A stretch of 64,000 bases of DNA, taken from contig JAAYRO010000060.1 of the NCBI GenBank assembly GCA_012518735.1, positions 23,312-87,311 of the forward strand, read 5' to 3'. The notes under the pieces were generated by a model. It ran no database searches. It saw nothing but the letters and a program-made list of their open reading frames with translations, and was not told where the DNA came from. Below are positions 26,911 to 36,958 of the stretch, in pieces (the first letter of the stretch is position 1; each line of letters begins with the position of its first letter). Position numbers and translations under genes: made by a program. Source of the stretch: Bacillota bacterium (GTDB lineage Bacteria > Bacillota > Limnochordia > Darwinibacteriales > Darwinibacteriaceae).

Positions 26911-27879
26911 TTACTCATACCTGATGCGCGGATCACTTACGGCTAGAAGTACGTCAGCCACTAAGTTACCTACAATCAACATGACCCCGCCGATAATTAA
27001 GTTACCCATGACCAGATAGTAATCTAAGCCCTGCACAGCATTTAGCATTAAACTTCCAATCCCTGGCCAATTCATGACAATCTCCGTTAATGCTGCACCA
27101 CCCAAAATTCCACCTAATTGAAAGCCAAAAATCGTAATCAGCGGATTAATTGCATTTCGAACGGCATGTTTATAGATAACTACGTTGCGGCTTAGTCCCT
27201 TAGCTTTAGCAGTTGTGACATAGTCTTGACGGAGCACATCTAAAAGATTTGAGCGCATATACCGCATTAGGCTTGCCATGATTCCCGTACTTAAGACAAT
27301 AACAGGGAGAACCATGTGACGGGCCAAATCAACTACCTTTTCCCAAAACGTAAAATCAGCAAAGTCGATACTGGTCATTCCGCCAATAGGCAAATTCCAA
27401 CCTCGCGACATGGTTAAATAGAGTAAAAGCAGTCCGAAAAACCAGTTAGGAATAGATACCCCTATAAATGCAAAAAAAGTAAGAACCTTATCACTCCATG
27501 AATACTGGTTCACAGCTGAATGAATACCAATAGGAATAGCCACTAACCACCCAATGAGCGTAGAAACAACTGTTAGCAGCAGGCTGTTCCAAATACGCTG
27601 CTTAATTACCCAGGTTACAGGAGCATGCCATAAGAAGGAATGTCCCATATCGCCTTTCAAAAGCTGCTGGAGCCAGCGAACATACTGCATATGAGGAGGC
27701 AGATCCAGCCAAAAACGAGCACGCATTGCCTCCAGCACCTCTGGTGCTATATCAGGGCTCATTTCTAATACTGTAAGGGCATCACCTGGTGCTAGCTGCA
27801 TAATAAAAAAACTGAGCGAAGAAATCCCTATCAGCATCGGAATGATGTAAAGAATACGCCGTACAATGTACCTAAACAT
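26911..27879 (-). CDS. ABC transporter permease (OppB/DppB-type)
   Basis: 322 aa, BPD_transp_1-like permease. Confidence 0.8.
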   Translation of the reverse strand: MFRYIVRRILYIIPMLIGISSLSFFIMQLAPGDALTVLEMSPDIAPEVLEAMRARFWLDLPPHMQYVRWLQQLLKGDMGHSFLWHAPVTWVIKQRIWNSLLLTVVSTLIGWLVAIPIGIHSAVNQYSWSDKVLTFFAFIGVSIPNWFFGLLLLYLTMSRGWNLPIGGMTSIDFADFTFWEKVVDLARHMVLPVIVLSTGIMASLMRYMRSNLLDVLRQDYVTTAKAKGLSRNVVIYKHAVRNAINPLITIFGFQLGGILGGAALTEIVMNWPGIGSLMLNAVQGLDYYLVMGNLIIGGVMLIVGNLVADVLLAVSDPRIRYE

Positions 27880-28080
27880 TACAATCTACCTCCTAATATC
27901 GGGAAAAAGGGTAACCAATCCCCCTTAGTAATGCATCTTCGGGTGGAGAAGAACGCACTACAAGACTCCTGGTTAATATTCGTCCTGAAAACTTGAATTC
28001 CTGCTGTATGTTCAAAATTGCTGAGCTGGGTTTTTACTCCTAATAAGATACGTTAAATTGGGAAAGCTGACTTCTAGGAG

Positions 28081-29859
28081 GTGAACCTCGTGGATCTCAG
28101 TTATCTGCCTATTACAGGCTCCCCTGTGTCGCAGCGAGAAGCTCATCAGGAACTACAGCTGCCTCAATTTACCGTAGAGATCTCCCAATCTAGCTTTACG
28201 CAAATCGTTTCCCAGATTCGCAAAAAGCAATTTGATACATGGGACTGGTTTCTCCTAGCGGCGCAAGCTGACCATCTAAGTGCAAGCCAGCAGCATTTCT
28301 CGGAGCTAATTGCCTTGGACTACCTAGCCGATCGATGGCGACAGGTAGGCGTTATTCCCTATCCCCACCAGATAAAAACTGCCGAGCGAGTCATGTACGA
28401 AATGCATGGTCAAGCAATTTTGGCAGATGAAGTAGGTCTTGGTAAAACAATTGAAGCAGGGTTAATTCTCAAGGAATACATGCTGAGAGGCTTAGTAAGA
28501 AAAACCCTGATTCTTACTCCTGCAAGTCTTGTTTGGCAGTGGTATCAAGAGCTTTACGAGAAATTTAACATCATATCTGGGATCCAGCGCAGCAAATGGG
28601 ACTGGGAATACGCCGACACCCTTATTGCATCCCTAGATACAGCTAAAAGAGAGCCCCATGCAGCCCTCATTACTGAAATACCTTACGATATGATTATCAT
28701 TGATGAAGCTCATAAATTGAAAAACAGCTCCACCGCCAGCTTTAAGTTTGTCAATTCCCTTCAAAAAAAGTACTGTCTAATGCTGACGGCTACGCCCATT
28801 CAAAATGATCTAAAAGAACTTTATAACCTAATCAGTCTGCTCAAACCTGGCCAATTAGGCAGTTACCGCTCGTTTAAGTCTCGTTTTGTTCAGGACAAAC
28901 GAACACCTAAAAATCCACAAGAGCTCAAAGGTCTCCTCTCTAAGGTTATGATCAGAAATAAACGAGGCGAAGGAACAGTCCAATTTACGAAAAGAGTAGT
29001 CCACCCCATAATTGTATCACTAACTCCTACTGAGAAAGAATTATATCAGCGAGTTACCCACTTTGTCAAACAATCAAGTTCTAAAAAATCAAGGACCAAT
29101 ATTCTGCCACTAATCACTCTTCAGAGAGAAGTCTGCTCCAGTTTCTTAGCTACTGGCCTGACACTCCAAAAAATGATGGACAATGCTGAGGAACCAGTAC
29201 CTCCTAATATCGCTTCACTGTTAAGCGAACTTGCTCAAGTCAAGCAGAACAGCAAGTGCGACGCTCTGGAGAAATTAATGACACAACTAGATGACAAAGT
29301 CATTATTTTTACTGAATACAAGGCTTCTCAAGAATACATCCGCTATCGATTGGAACGAGCTGGTTATACAACACTAGGGTTCGACGGAACCTTGTCCAGA
29401 GGAAAAAAAGAATGGACCCGCTATATGTTCCAGCGTAGTGCTCAAGTATTGGTCAGTACAGAGTCTGGCGGCGAGGGCCTTAACTTTCAGTTCTGCAACC
29501 AGGTAATCAATTTTGATCTGCCCTGGAATCCTATGCGCCTTGAGCAGCGTATTGGACGAGTCCACCGCTTAGGTCAAACTCGTGATGTTCATATTTACAA
29601 CCTTATTACAAAAGACACAATCGAGGAACACATTATGTACCTGCTTCACCAAAAAATAAATATGTTTGAAATGATTATTGGAGAGTTGGACGCTATTCTC
29701 CTCCACCTGAAACTAAACCGTTCCTTTGAAAGTGAACTCATGGAAATTTTCCTTAAACATGACCAAGCCGAATCCATAAGGAAAGAGCTGGACCTGTTTG
29801 GAAGCAGATTTTTGCAGGGACAGAAAGAAATCAAGGCATCTACATGGGATCTCTTTTGA
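28081..29859 (+). CDS. SNF2-family helicase-like ATPase (YqhH-like)
   Basis: 592 aa. Motif I DEVGLGKT, DEAH box (IIDEAHKLKN), helicase-C motif QRIGRVHRLGQ. GTG start beside aggagg RBS. Confidence 0.8.
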   Translation: MNLVDLSYLPITGSPVSQREAHQELQLPQFTVEISQSSFTQIVSQIRKKQFDTWDWFLLAAQADHLSASQQHFSELIALDYLADRWRQVGVIPYPHQIKTAERVMYEMHGQAILADEVGLGKTIEAGLILKEYMLRGLVRKTLILTPASLVWQWYQELYEKFNIISGIQRSKWDWEYADTLIASLDTAKREPHAALITEIPYDMIIIDEAHKLKNSSTASFKFVNSLQKKYCLMLTATPIQNDLKELYNLISLLKPGQLGSYRSFKSRFVQDKRTPKNPQELKGLLSKVMIRNKRGEGTVQFTKRVVHPIIVSLTPTEKELYQRVTHFVKQSSSKKSRTNILPLITLQREVCSSFLATGLTLQKMMDNAEEPVPPNIASLLSELAQVKQNSKCDALEKLMTQLDDKVIIFTEYKASQEYIRYRLERAGYTTLGFDGTLSRGKKEWTRYMFQRSAQVLVSTESGGEGLNFQFCNQVINFDLPWNPMRLEQRIGRVHRLGQTRDVHIYNLITKDTIEEHIMYLLHQKINMFEMIIGELDAILLHLKLNRSFESELMEIFLKHDQAESIRKELDLFGSRFLQGQKEIKASTWDLF

Positions 29860-30788
29860 GGAGGGATACTTTGCGCGATATATCGATCCCAGATGTTGTT
29901 TTCGAGTTTTTTAGACTGTGCAAGCTTGAACCTTTAGAAATCCGCAAGGGTGTATGGCAAGTCCAAATCGATGATGTCTTAATGAAAGAGCTGGATGGTT
30001 GGCGCGCCAAAGGACGACTTCTCCAGTTCACCTTCGACAAGAAACTGGCTGAAACCTATGGAGCCGAACTTATCGGACCTGGAAGCTATCGAATAAACTC
30101 CATTCTAGAGCTTATCCGAAAACAAGCCACCCTTTCCCATGCCTACCTGCCCCATACAGTATTTCACGAACCAAGCATTCGCCGGAAAGTGACGCAAAGA
30201 CTTGGTGATGAAAGAGCAAGTAAAGTGTATGTCTTAACCAACTCCTTACTATACGATGAATACCTGTGGATGGTAATGTCTATTAGTTTTGTTACCCATC
30301 AAAAAGAAGAACAGATTCAGACACCCCTTGTGAACCTAGCATCAGGAAAACTGCTGAGTTTTTCCATTCCTACCCACCTTTTCTGTTCTGGCAGGCCCCC
30401 CAGTGAAAACATCAGCAGACGAAAAACCACGTATAAGCAAGCTTATACCAGCGTTTATCATCACTTAACACAAGAAGTGTCACTTATGGACAGTACTTGG
30501 GCAGCAGAAGCTTTAGATCGCCTCCAGGAGGAACGATCCAAACTAGAAGCCTATTACGAAGATCATCTGGATGAACAGAAGCGAGCTGAAAAAACAAGGG
30601 AACTCATAAAACGAGCATCTCCAAAAGTGCAGATTAGGGCCATCCGTGGCGCCGTTCTGTACATTCCTCTCTTTCAATATCGCCTAATGGAAGTATTGAA
30701 AAACGGTCAAGAAAGCATCCGAACCATCTATTACGACCCCGTAAGCAATTCTCTTGAAGAGGCCGCAACAAAAACTAGACCGGATTAG
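29844..30788 (+). CDS. YqhG-like protein of unknown function, translationally coupled to the SNF2 gene
   Basis: 314 aa. Start overlaps the SNF2 stop by 16 nt. The pairing recalls the Bacillus yqhH-yqhG arrangement. Confidence 0.5.
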   Translation: MGSLLRRDTLRDISIPDVVFEFFRLCKLEPLEIRKGVWQVQIDDVLMKELDGWRAKGRLLQFTFDKKLAETYGAELIGPGSYRINSILELIRKQATLSHAYLPHTVFHEPSIRRKVTQRLGDERASKVYVLTNSLLYDEYLWMVMSISFVTHQKEEQIQTPLVNLASGKLLSFSIPTHLFCSGRPPSENISRRKTTYKQAYTSVYHHLTQEVSLMDSTWAAEALDRLQEERSKLEAYYEDHLDEQKRAEKTRELIKRASPKVQIRAIRGAVLYIPLFQYRLMEVLKNGQESIRTIYYDPVSNSLEEAATKTRPD

Positions 30789-32148
30789 ATAGGTCAATAA
30801 GCTCATAAGCTGTTCGCCAAATTGGCCCTGCTCCCATAACTAAAATCAAATCATTAGGGGTCAAGCAGCTTTTCAAAAATTGGGCCACATCCTCTTGCTG
30901 TGGAACAAAATGGACAGTGGGACCTCCTTGACTGCGAATCTTCTCCGCTAAGAGAGCTGAGCTCACACCCGGAATTGGTTTCTCTGGTGGTGGCGAAAAA
31001 ATGTCAGTCAGGACAACTACATCGGCCTCCCGAAATGACGCGGCAAACTCATCTAGGAGAAATTTCGTTCGGGAATAGCGATGCGGTTGAAAAACTGCCA
31101 CCACTCGACGATTCCACCCTTCCCGAGCAGCTCGAATAGTGGCTGCCACTTCCGTTGGATGGTGGGCATAATCGTCTACAATAATGGCGCCTCTATTCTC
31201 TCCCAATATCTGAAAGCGGCGTCTAGCTCCAGTAAACGAAGCAAGTCCTTCTTGGAGTTGGCTTCTGGAAAGTCCAGCATAATGTCCTGCAGCAATACAG
31301 GCTAATGCATTGGATACATTATGACGCCCTGGCACCCTTAGGGTAAAGTCAGCAAAATGAGAATTACCATGAAATACCTTAAACCGAGAGGTGGTTTGAG
31401 CAAGCTCCGTTATGTCTGCTCGCCACATGGCTTGATCAGAAAAACCATATGTTGTAGTTTCAAAGTCCGCACTCACAGTTCTAACTACGGGGTCATCAAT
31501 ACCTACAATACGAACACCCTGCGGCTTACAGTTTGCGAGAAACTGACGATACCCCTGTACCAGCTCTTGAAATGTGCTGTTGTAATTCTCCAAATGATCA
31601 GGCTCAATACTGGTAACTACAGCCATTTCAGGATAATACCGCAGATAACTGCGGTCACTTTCATCAGCCTCTGCAACAACAAATTCACCCTTACCGTATT
31701 TAGCACCTGGTCCGAAGGGGGAAAAGTGAGCTCCGATCAAAACGGTTGGATCGAACCCCCCATTCTCTAAACACAAAGCCAGCATAGACGTGATCGTTGT
31801 CTTGCCATGGGCACCTGCAACGGCAATTCCTCTACCAGCGTTGAGCAGCTCTGCAAGCATTTCTGACCTATGTAACACTGCAATCCCTTTTTTGCGCGCA
31901 GCAACCACTTCAGGATTTCCGCTGGGAATGGCACTAGAATATACGACGCGAGTAGCACCATTTACGTTTGATGAAGCGTGCTGGAAATAAATAGTTGCTC
32001 CCAATTTCTGTAGATAGTCTGTGGTTTCGGAAACCTGGAGATCAGATCCGCTTACGGTATGTCCCATCTCCAAGAAGATTTTTGCAAGGGGACCCATGCC
32101 CGTCCCTCCGATACCAACTAAGTGTATGTGTTCGTTCATCTGCTTCAC
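30775..32148 (-). CDS. murC: UDP-N-acetylmuramate--L-alanine ligase
   Basis: 457 aa. N-terminal GIGGTGMG nucleotide-binding motif and Mur ligase domains. Confidence 0.9.
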   Translation of the reverse strand: MKQMNEHIHLVGIGGTGMGPLAKIFLEMGHTVSGSDLQVSETTDYLQKLGATIYFQHASSNVNGATRVVYSSAIPSGNPEVVAARKKGIAVLHRSEMLAELLNAGRGIAVAGAHGKTTITSMLALCLENGGFDPTVLIGAHFSPFGPGAKYGKGEFVVAEADESDRSYLRYYPEMAVVTSIEPDHLENYNSTFQELVQGYRQFLANCKPQGVRIVGIDDPVVRTVSADFETTTYGFSDQAMWRADITELAQTTSRFKVFHGNSHFADFTLRVPGRHNVSNALACIAAGHYAGLSRSQLQEGLASFTGARRRFQILGENRGAIIVDDYAHHPTEVAATIRAAREGWNRRVVAVFQPHRYSRTKFLLDEFAASFREADVVVLTDIFSPPPEKPIPGVSSALLAEKIRSQGGPTVHFVPQQEDVAQFLKSCLTPNDLILVMGAGPIWRTAYELIDLSNPV

Positions 32149-32171
32149 TCCTGCCTAACTAACTGCTTTTC

Positions 32172-32951
32172 TTATTTCAACATGGGTGCCACCACATCTG
32201 CCAATAATCGAGCGGCAGCCATTGATTCCTCGAGACTGTTTCCCCGCCAATCGCCAATCAAGACCATGACACTGTTGGGGTGTAGTTCACCACTATAATC
32301 AGACTTAAAAACCCGTACTCCGCGCGTTACCCCAGGGTACTTCCTTTCCAGACCATCACTAATTTGCTGTGCAAAACGCAGATTTTCATCGACCAGCGAA
32401 TTGTCCTTATCTCCAACCACAAAGAGAATTTTGGCCACACTGATCCCATTAACTCTGGTCTTAGTATAATCATCGGGCTTGTCTTGTAAGCCATCCCGAT
32501 GAATGTCTAAAACCATCTGAATCTGGGAATTTGCCGCCATTAACTCATTCACCTTTTTTTCCGAATTGATAAAAGCATCACTGTAGCGCGGCTTATCATA
32601 AATGGCTTTATCATGAATGGCTGTGACTCCCAGCGACTCGAGCTGCTTCACAAAGGCTTCCCCAACTTGAACTATGTCTCCCACACCTGCTCCCCGTTCG
32701 TGACTATCTTTTGGTTTATAGTTTTCTGAGGTATGACTGTGAAAAACTAGAACCTTCGGAATCGTATCAACGACAGGTCCAGGTGGAGGCTTGAGATCGT
32801 CTATCTGAATCTGCTCAGGTTTGGATGGTTCTTCCTCCCCATTTGGGTAAAATCCGAAAAATCTTGCTCCCACAACCGCGACCACCACTAATGTTACAAG
32901 AATGAATAATAATCCAGGACCGTTCTTCTCATTTCTTCGCATTCTGGCCAT
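32172..32951 (-). CDS. Stage II sporulation protein P-like (SpoIIP family)
   Basis: 259 aa. N-terminal TM, VLVFHSHTSENY motif and SpoIIP-like C-terminal region. Confidence 0.55.
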   Translation of the reverse strand: MARMRRNEKNGPGLLFILVTLVVVAVVGARFFGFYPNGEEEPSKPEQIQIDDLKPPPGPVVDTIPKVLVFHSHTSENYKPKDSHERGAGVGDIVQVGEAFVKQLESLGVTAIHDKAIYDKPRYSDAFINSEKKVNELMAANSQIQMVLDIHRDGLQDKPDDYTKTRVNGISVAKILFVVGDKDNSLVDENLRFAQQISDGLERKYPGVTRGVRVFKSDYSGELHPNSVMVLIGDWRGNSLEESMAAARLLADVVAPMLK

Positions 32952-32996
32952 GTGGATTCCTCCTTCCGAAACAATATATGCGGAAGGATGGCCAAT

Positions 32997-35648
32997 TTAT
33001 TCCCTATTTAATTCACGCAGCAGTTCCCCGAGAGCTTCCCATGCCTCCCCAAACCCTCCAAAGTCACCCTGCCGCAGTGATTGGGCAGCTCCTTCATAAA
33101 GAAGGTACGCTTGAGAGGACCAATCAAGAGAAGGTTCTTGTTCAACTGCTGTCTCCTCTTTCTTTTGAACAGTGTCTGGCTTAACACCTACCCGATCAAG
33201 CAGTAATTCTAAAGCCGTCTCCACATTCTCGGCCATCACTAACTCATCTTGGTCAGCCGCAATAACTCGCTGCAGCTGCGGTATACCGCTCTGCTCCGAT
33301 TGAAGATAAAGAGGTTCTACGTAAATAATGCTTGCACCGACCGGCAGTACTAAAAGATTACCCCGAATTACTTGGGATCCGCTCCTGCCCCACAACGAAA
33401 GCAGTTGGGAGATCTCAGGGTCCTGATCAATTCTGGCCTCCACTTGAGCCGGTCCTAATGTTAGTGTATCCTTCGGGAACTTGAAAACTACAACATTACC
33501 ATAATTTTCTCCGTCATTGCGTGCTCCCAGCCAAGCTACCATGTTGTTGCGGCGAGCAGGAATAAAGGGCATCATGAGAACCATTTCTTCACCTACACCG
33601 TCTGGGAATTCCATCATGACATAGTACGGCAGGACTTCCTGTTCTCGATCAGCATAAATCTCACGGGCAAAGGACCACACGTCTTCGCGGTTATAGAAAA
33701 CCCTCGTATCGGTCATATGGTATGTACCATACATCCGGGCCTGAATGACTAGTAGATCCTCAGGATAACGCATGTGTTCACGTAAACCCAATGGCATTTC
33801 CGTTATGGGCTTAATCAAATTAGGGAAAACTGCTCTATAGGTCTCTAACAACGCATCTGGTTCAACTTGGTAAAAGTCTATACTCCCATTATACGCGTCC
33901 ACAACAACCTTTACAGAATTTCGTATGTAATTTCCCCACCCTAGTGTAGGTTGGGCATAGGGGAATCGATACGAGTAAACATAGGCGTCAATCATCCAGA
34001 ACAGCCGACCATTATGAATCACAATATATGGATCGTTATCGTATCGCAGAAAGGGAGCGAGTTTCTTGGCTCGTTCGATTATATTCCGATCAAACAGCAC
34101 ACGGCTTTCCGGTGTTATATCAGAAGACAGCAAAATACGAGATTCACCAAACCGCATAGCAAACGCCAACCTATGGAGAAAAGTGGATAAGTAAACCCCA
34201 TCTGCGCCATCATATCGATTGAACGCATTCCCATCGCCTAACGGATAATCAAACTCATCTGTTTTTGTATTGACAATCACATATTGGTCCGTCTTTTCAC
34301 CAAAATAGATCCTAGGCTCTACAAGATCTATGTCAACCGTAGATTTTGGCGGAATGTCTGAAATCCAAAATACCGGCAGACCCTGTTTTGTCGCCTCATT
34401 CACAGGACTCATGACCACTCCGTAACCGTGCGTGTACTGAAGATGCTGATTGATCCAAGTTTTGTTCTGAATACGATTTACATCAAGCTCTCTAGCGGAT
34501 AAGAGTACCTGGCGGTACTCGTTATTGAGAACGTAGCGATCTACATCAGCATCAGTAAATGAATAATATAAACGCATTTCCTGAAGCTGCTGATAGGTTG
34601 GAAGAACAGGTCTAGGATCCCATAGACGAATGTTTTGGAGGGTTGATGAGACCGAACTGTTTTCTCCAGTGGTCAGGGTCTTATTTAGAGGAAATTCCCT
34701 TTCTTCAAAATCATCCATTCCATAAGCGAGGCGGGTCATATTGATATGGTTATCAAGAAACGCCCGTTCTCGTTCAAATTCATTTGGAGAAACAACCCAA
34801 TTCTGGACAGCGGTTGGCAGCAAATTACCTAGGGTGATCCCAAAAATAATCCAGACGATTAAGGTCCCAGCAACTAATCGAAAGGATCCACCATAGGCAT
34901 ACCGCAGAATGGTTAAGGCAGCCAACCAACCTACAACCATCAAGACCCGAAAAACCCATATTCGAACATTAACATCAGTAAATCCTGCTCCATACAAAGC
35001 TCCCTCAGGGGAATAAACCAATTCATAAGCATCGAATAGATAACTGAAAGAGCGGATAAAAACAAAGGAAGCTGCCAGCCAACCCATGTGTTTTCGAGCA
35101 GCACTGGAAGCCTCAAGCCCGAATGCCCCTAGATAAACCAGTCCACATACAATTATGGACAAAACTAAGAGGATTAGGACTCCAATACTGGTTAATCGCA
35201 ATACTGGCAGAGTAAAGAAGAAAAAGCTGACATCCTTATGAAATACTGGATCCAGAATATCAAATGACTGTGCCTTGATAAACTGGACAAACTCCCACCA
35301 ATATCCACTAAGACTGCTGGCTAGAAATAGACCCCCAACAAGACTAATGGCAGCGATCAAAAAATAAACAAGCTTTGGCTTTACAGCCTTGTTCAATCGT
35401 GGAATACGCCATAGAGCTTGCCTGATTGCAAAACGAGTCTGCCACAAATTCCAACCGATAAACAATGCTCCCACTAAGAACAAAAGGACAGCGAAACCCC
35501 ATCGCCATAGGATTGTGGTGATGAACACACTTCTATAACCTACTGCACCATACCACAGCAGGTCTGTAATGAAATGACTGGATACACTCAGCAGCCCAAT
35601 GGCTGCAAGCAATACAAAGATAGTACCGCCTACAATCTTCCAAATCAC
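32997..35648 (-). CDS. UPF0182 family large membrane protein
   Basis: 883 aa. Multi-TM N-terminal region and a large extracytoplasmic domain typical of UPF0182. Confidence 0.7.
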   Translation of the reverse strand: MIWKIVGGTIFVLLAAIGLLSVSSHFITDLLWYGAVGYRSVFITTILWRWGFAVLLFLVGALFIGWNLWQTRFAIRQALWRIPRLNKAVKPKLVYFLIAAISLVGGLFLASSLSGYWWEFVQFIKAQSFDILDPVFHKDVSFFFFTLPVLRLTSIGVLILLVLSIIVCGLVYLGAFGLEASSAARKHMGWLAASFVFIRSFSYLFDAYELVYSPEGALYGAGFTDVNVRIWVFRVLMVVGWLAALTILRYAYGGSFRLVAGTLIVWIIFGITLGNLLPTAVQNWVVSPNEFERERAFLDNHINMTRLAYGMDDFEEREFPLNKTLTTGENSSVSSTLQNIRLWDPRPVLPTYQQLQEMRLYYSFTDADVDRYVLNNEYRQVLLSARELDVNRIQNKTWINQHLQYTHGYGVVMSPVNEATKQGLPVFWISDIPPKSTVDIDLVEPRIYFGEKTDQYVIVNTKTDEFDYPLGDGNAFNRYDGADGVYLSTFLHRLAFAMRFGESRILLSSDITPESRVLFDRNIIERAKKLAPFLRYDNDPYIVIHNGRLFWMIDAYVYSYRFPYAQPTLGWGNYIRNSVKVVVDAYNGSIDFYQVEPDALLETYRAVFPNLIKPITEMPLGLREHMRYPEDLLVIQARMYGTYHMTDTRVFYNREDVWSFAREIYADREQEVLPYYVMMEFPDGVGEEMVLMMPFIPARRNNMVAWLGARNDGENYGNVVVFKFPKDTLTLGPAQVEARIDQDPEISQLLSLWGRSGSQVIRGNLLVLPVGASIIYVEPLYLQSEQSGIPQLQRVIAADQDELVMAENVETALELLLDRVGVKPDTVQKKEETAVEQEPSLDWSSQAYLLYEGAAQSLRQGDFGGFGEAWEALGELLRELNRE

Positions 35649-36553
35649 TGAGAATCGCTCCTATCAGACCGAATCTGTTCAATCATACTCTGGAGTTCTT
35701 CTATTGAAAAATAATATGTGCTGCGGCAAAACTGGCATTCGGTCTCTACGTTCTCACCAGCATCGAGTAATTCCTGGAGTTCATCTAGACCTAAAGTAAT
35801 CAATCCTGCTTCAAATCGTTCCCGCGAACAATCACAAGCAAATTCAACTGGCATTCGATCAATAATCTTTAGATCAAAATCAGCAAACATCTCGTCCAGT
35901 ATCATTTCAGGAGTCTTATCCATGGCAAAAAGGGAACTAATGGGTGGGCTCGAGCCTACAGCACTCTCCAATTTGGAGATAAAAACTTCATCGTCTTGTG
36001 CGCCTGGAAGTAGTTGAATAACTACTCCACCAGCCGCGTGGGGCACGTTATTAGGATCAACCAACACTCCTAACATAACTGCAGAAGGAGTCTGTTCAGA
36101 CGAAGCAAAGTAATACGCAAAATCATCACCAATCTCCCCAGTCTGTAAAGGAACAGCCCCTTGATATGTCTCTTTTAAGCCCAAATCCCGAATAACAAAC
36201 AAGGTTCCTGCACCCACTGCTTCACCTACAGCCAACTTACCTTTAGAATTAAGCGGCAGGTGAACGTGGGGATTCCCAACATACCCTCTTACCTGACCTT
36301 TGGAATTGGCCGTAGCAACAATACTTCTTAGGGGACCATCCCCTCGTATTTGGATAGTAACAGATTCTTCACCTTTCAGCATGGCTCCTAAAATGGTTCC
36401 TATTGTTAAAACCCGTCCTAAAGCTGCACTAGGAACAGGATACAATCCATGACGACGCTGAGCTTCTCTTACGATATCTGTGGTACGGACAGCAAAAACA
36501 CGGGCTCTGCCTTCCCCAACCATTCCTCGAACTAAGTAATCACGTTTTTCCAA
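35645..36553 (-). CDS. hslO: Redox-regulated chaperone Hsp33
   Basis: 302 aa. C-terminal zinc centre CDCS...CQFC. Confidence 0.85.
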   Translation of the reverse strand: MEKRDYLVRGMVGEGRARVFAVRTTDIVREAQRRHGLYPVPSAALGRVLTIGTILGAMLKGEESVTIQIRGDGPLRSIVATANSKGQVRGYVGNPHVHLPLNSKGKLAVGEAVGAGTLFVIRDLGLKETYQGAVPLQTGEIGDDFAYYFASSEQTPSAVMLGVLVDPNNVPHAAGGVVIQLLPGAQDDEVFISKLESAVGSSPPISSLFAMDKTPEMILDEMFADFDLKIIDRMPVEFACDCSRERFEAGLITLGLDELQELLDAGENVETECQFCRSTYYFSIEELQSMIEQIRSDRSDSQ

Positions 36554-36565
36554 AAAGCAATCCTC

Positions 36566-36958
36566 CTACAGTGGAAAATAACCCATCTTCCAGAGTAAAT
36601 AAACAACCAAGGCGACAGCAGCGCCTGCCAAAACTATAACAACAGCTCTAATTCTTCTCCTGCGTCGCGCCTCAGCCCGCCGTTCTCGCAGGCTGGGCTT
36701 ATCGTGCAGATCAGGGGGATTCTTTCGCAGATCATATTGGGCCATCATCTCATCTGGATCAAGACCTACCACTTTCGCATAGCTTCTTATGAAGGCACGT
36801 GCGTATGCTTCTCCCGGAATCTCATGGAGCTCCCCCTCTTCAATAGCGATCAAGAACTGAGTACGGATCCGGGTTTCTTGTTCCACATCCTCAAGAGTGA
36901 GACCCTTTTGTTTGCGAGCCTGATGTATAATTGCACCCAATTCCTTCACGCTTCTCAC
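36566..36958 (-). CDS. RodZ-like helix-turn-helix membrane protein (short form)
   Basis: 130 aa. N-terminal HTH (Cro/C1-type), poly-Arg segment and a single TM. 4-nt overlap with ftsK start. Confidence 0.45.
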   Translation of the reverse strand: MRSVKELGAIIHQARKQKGLTLEDVEQETRIRTQFLIAIEEGELHEIPGEAYARAFIRSYAKVVGLDPDEMMAQYDLRKNPPDLHDKPSLRERRAEARRRRRIRAVVIVLAGAAVALVVYLLWKMGYFPL

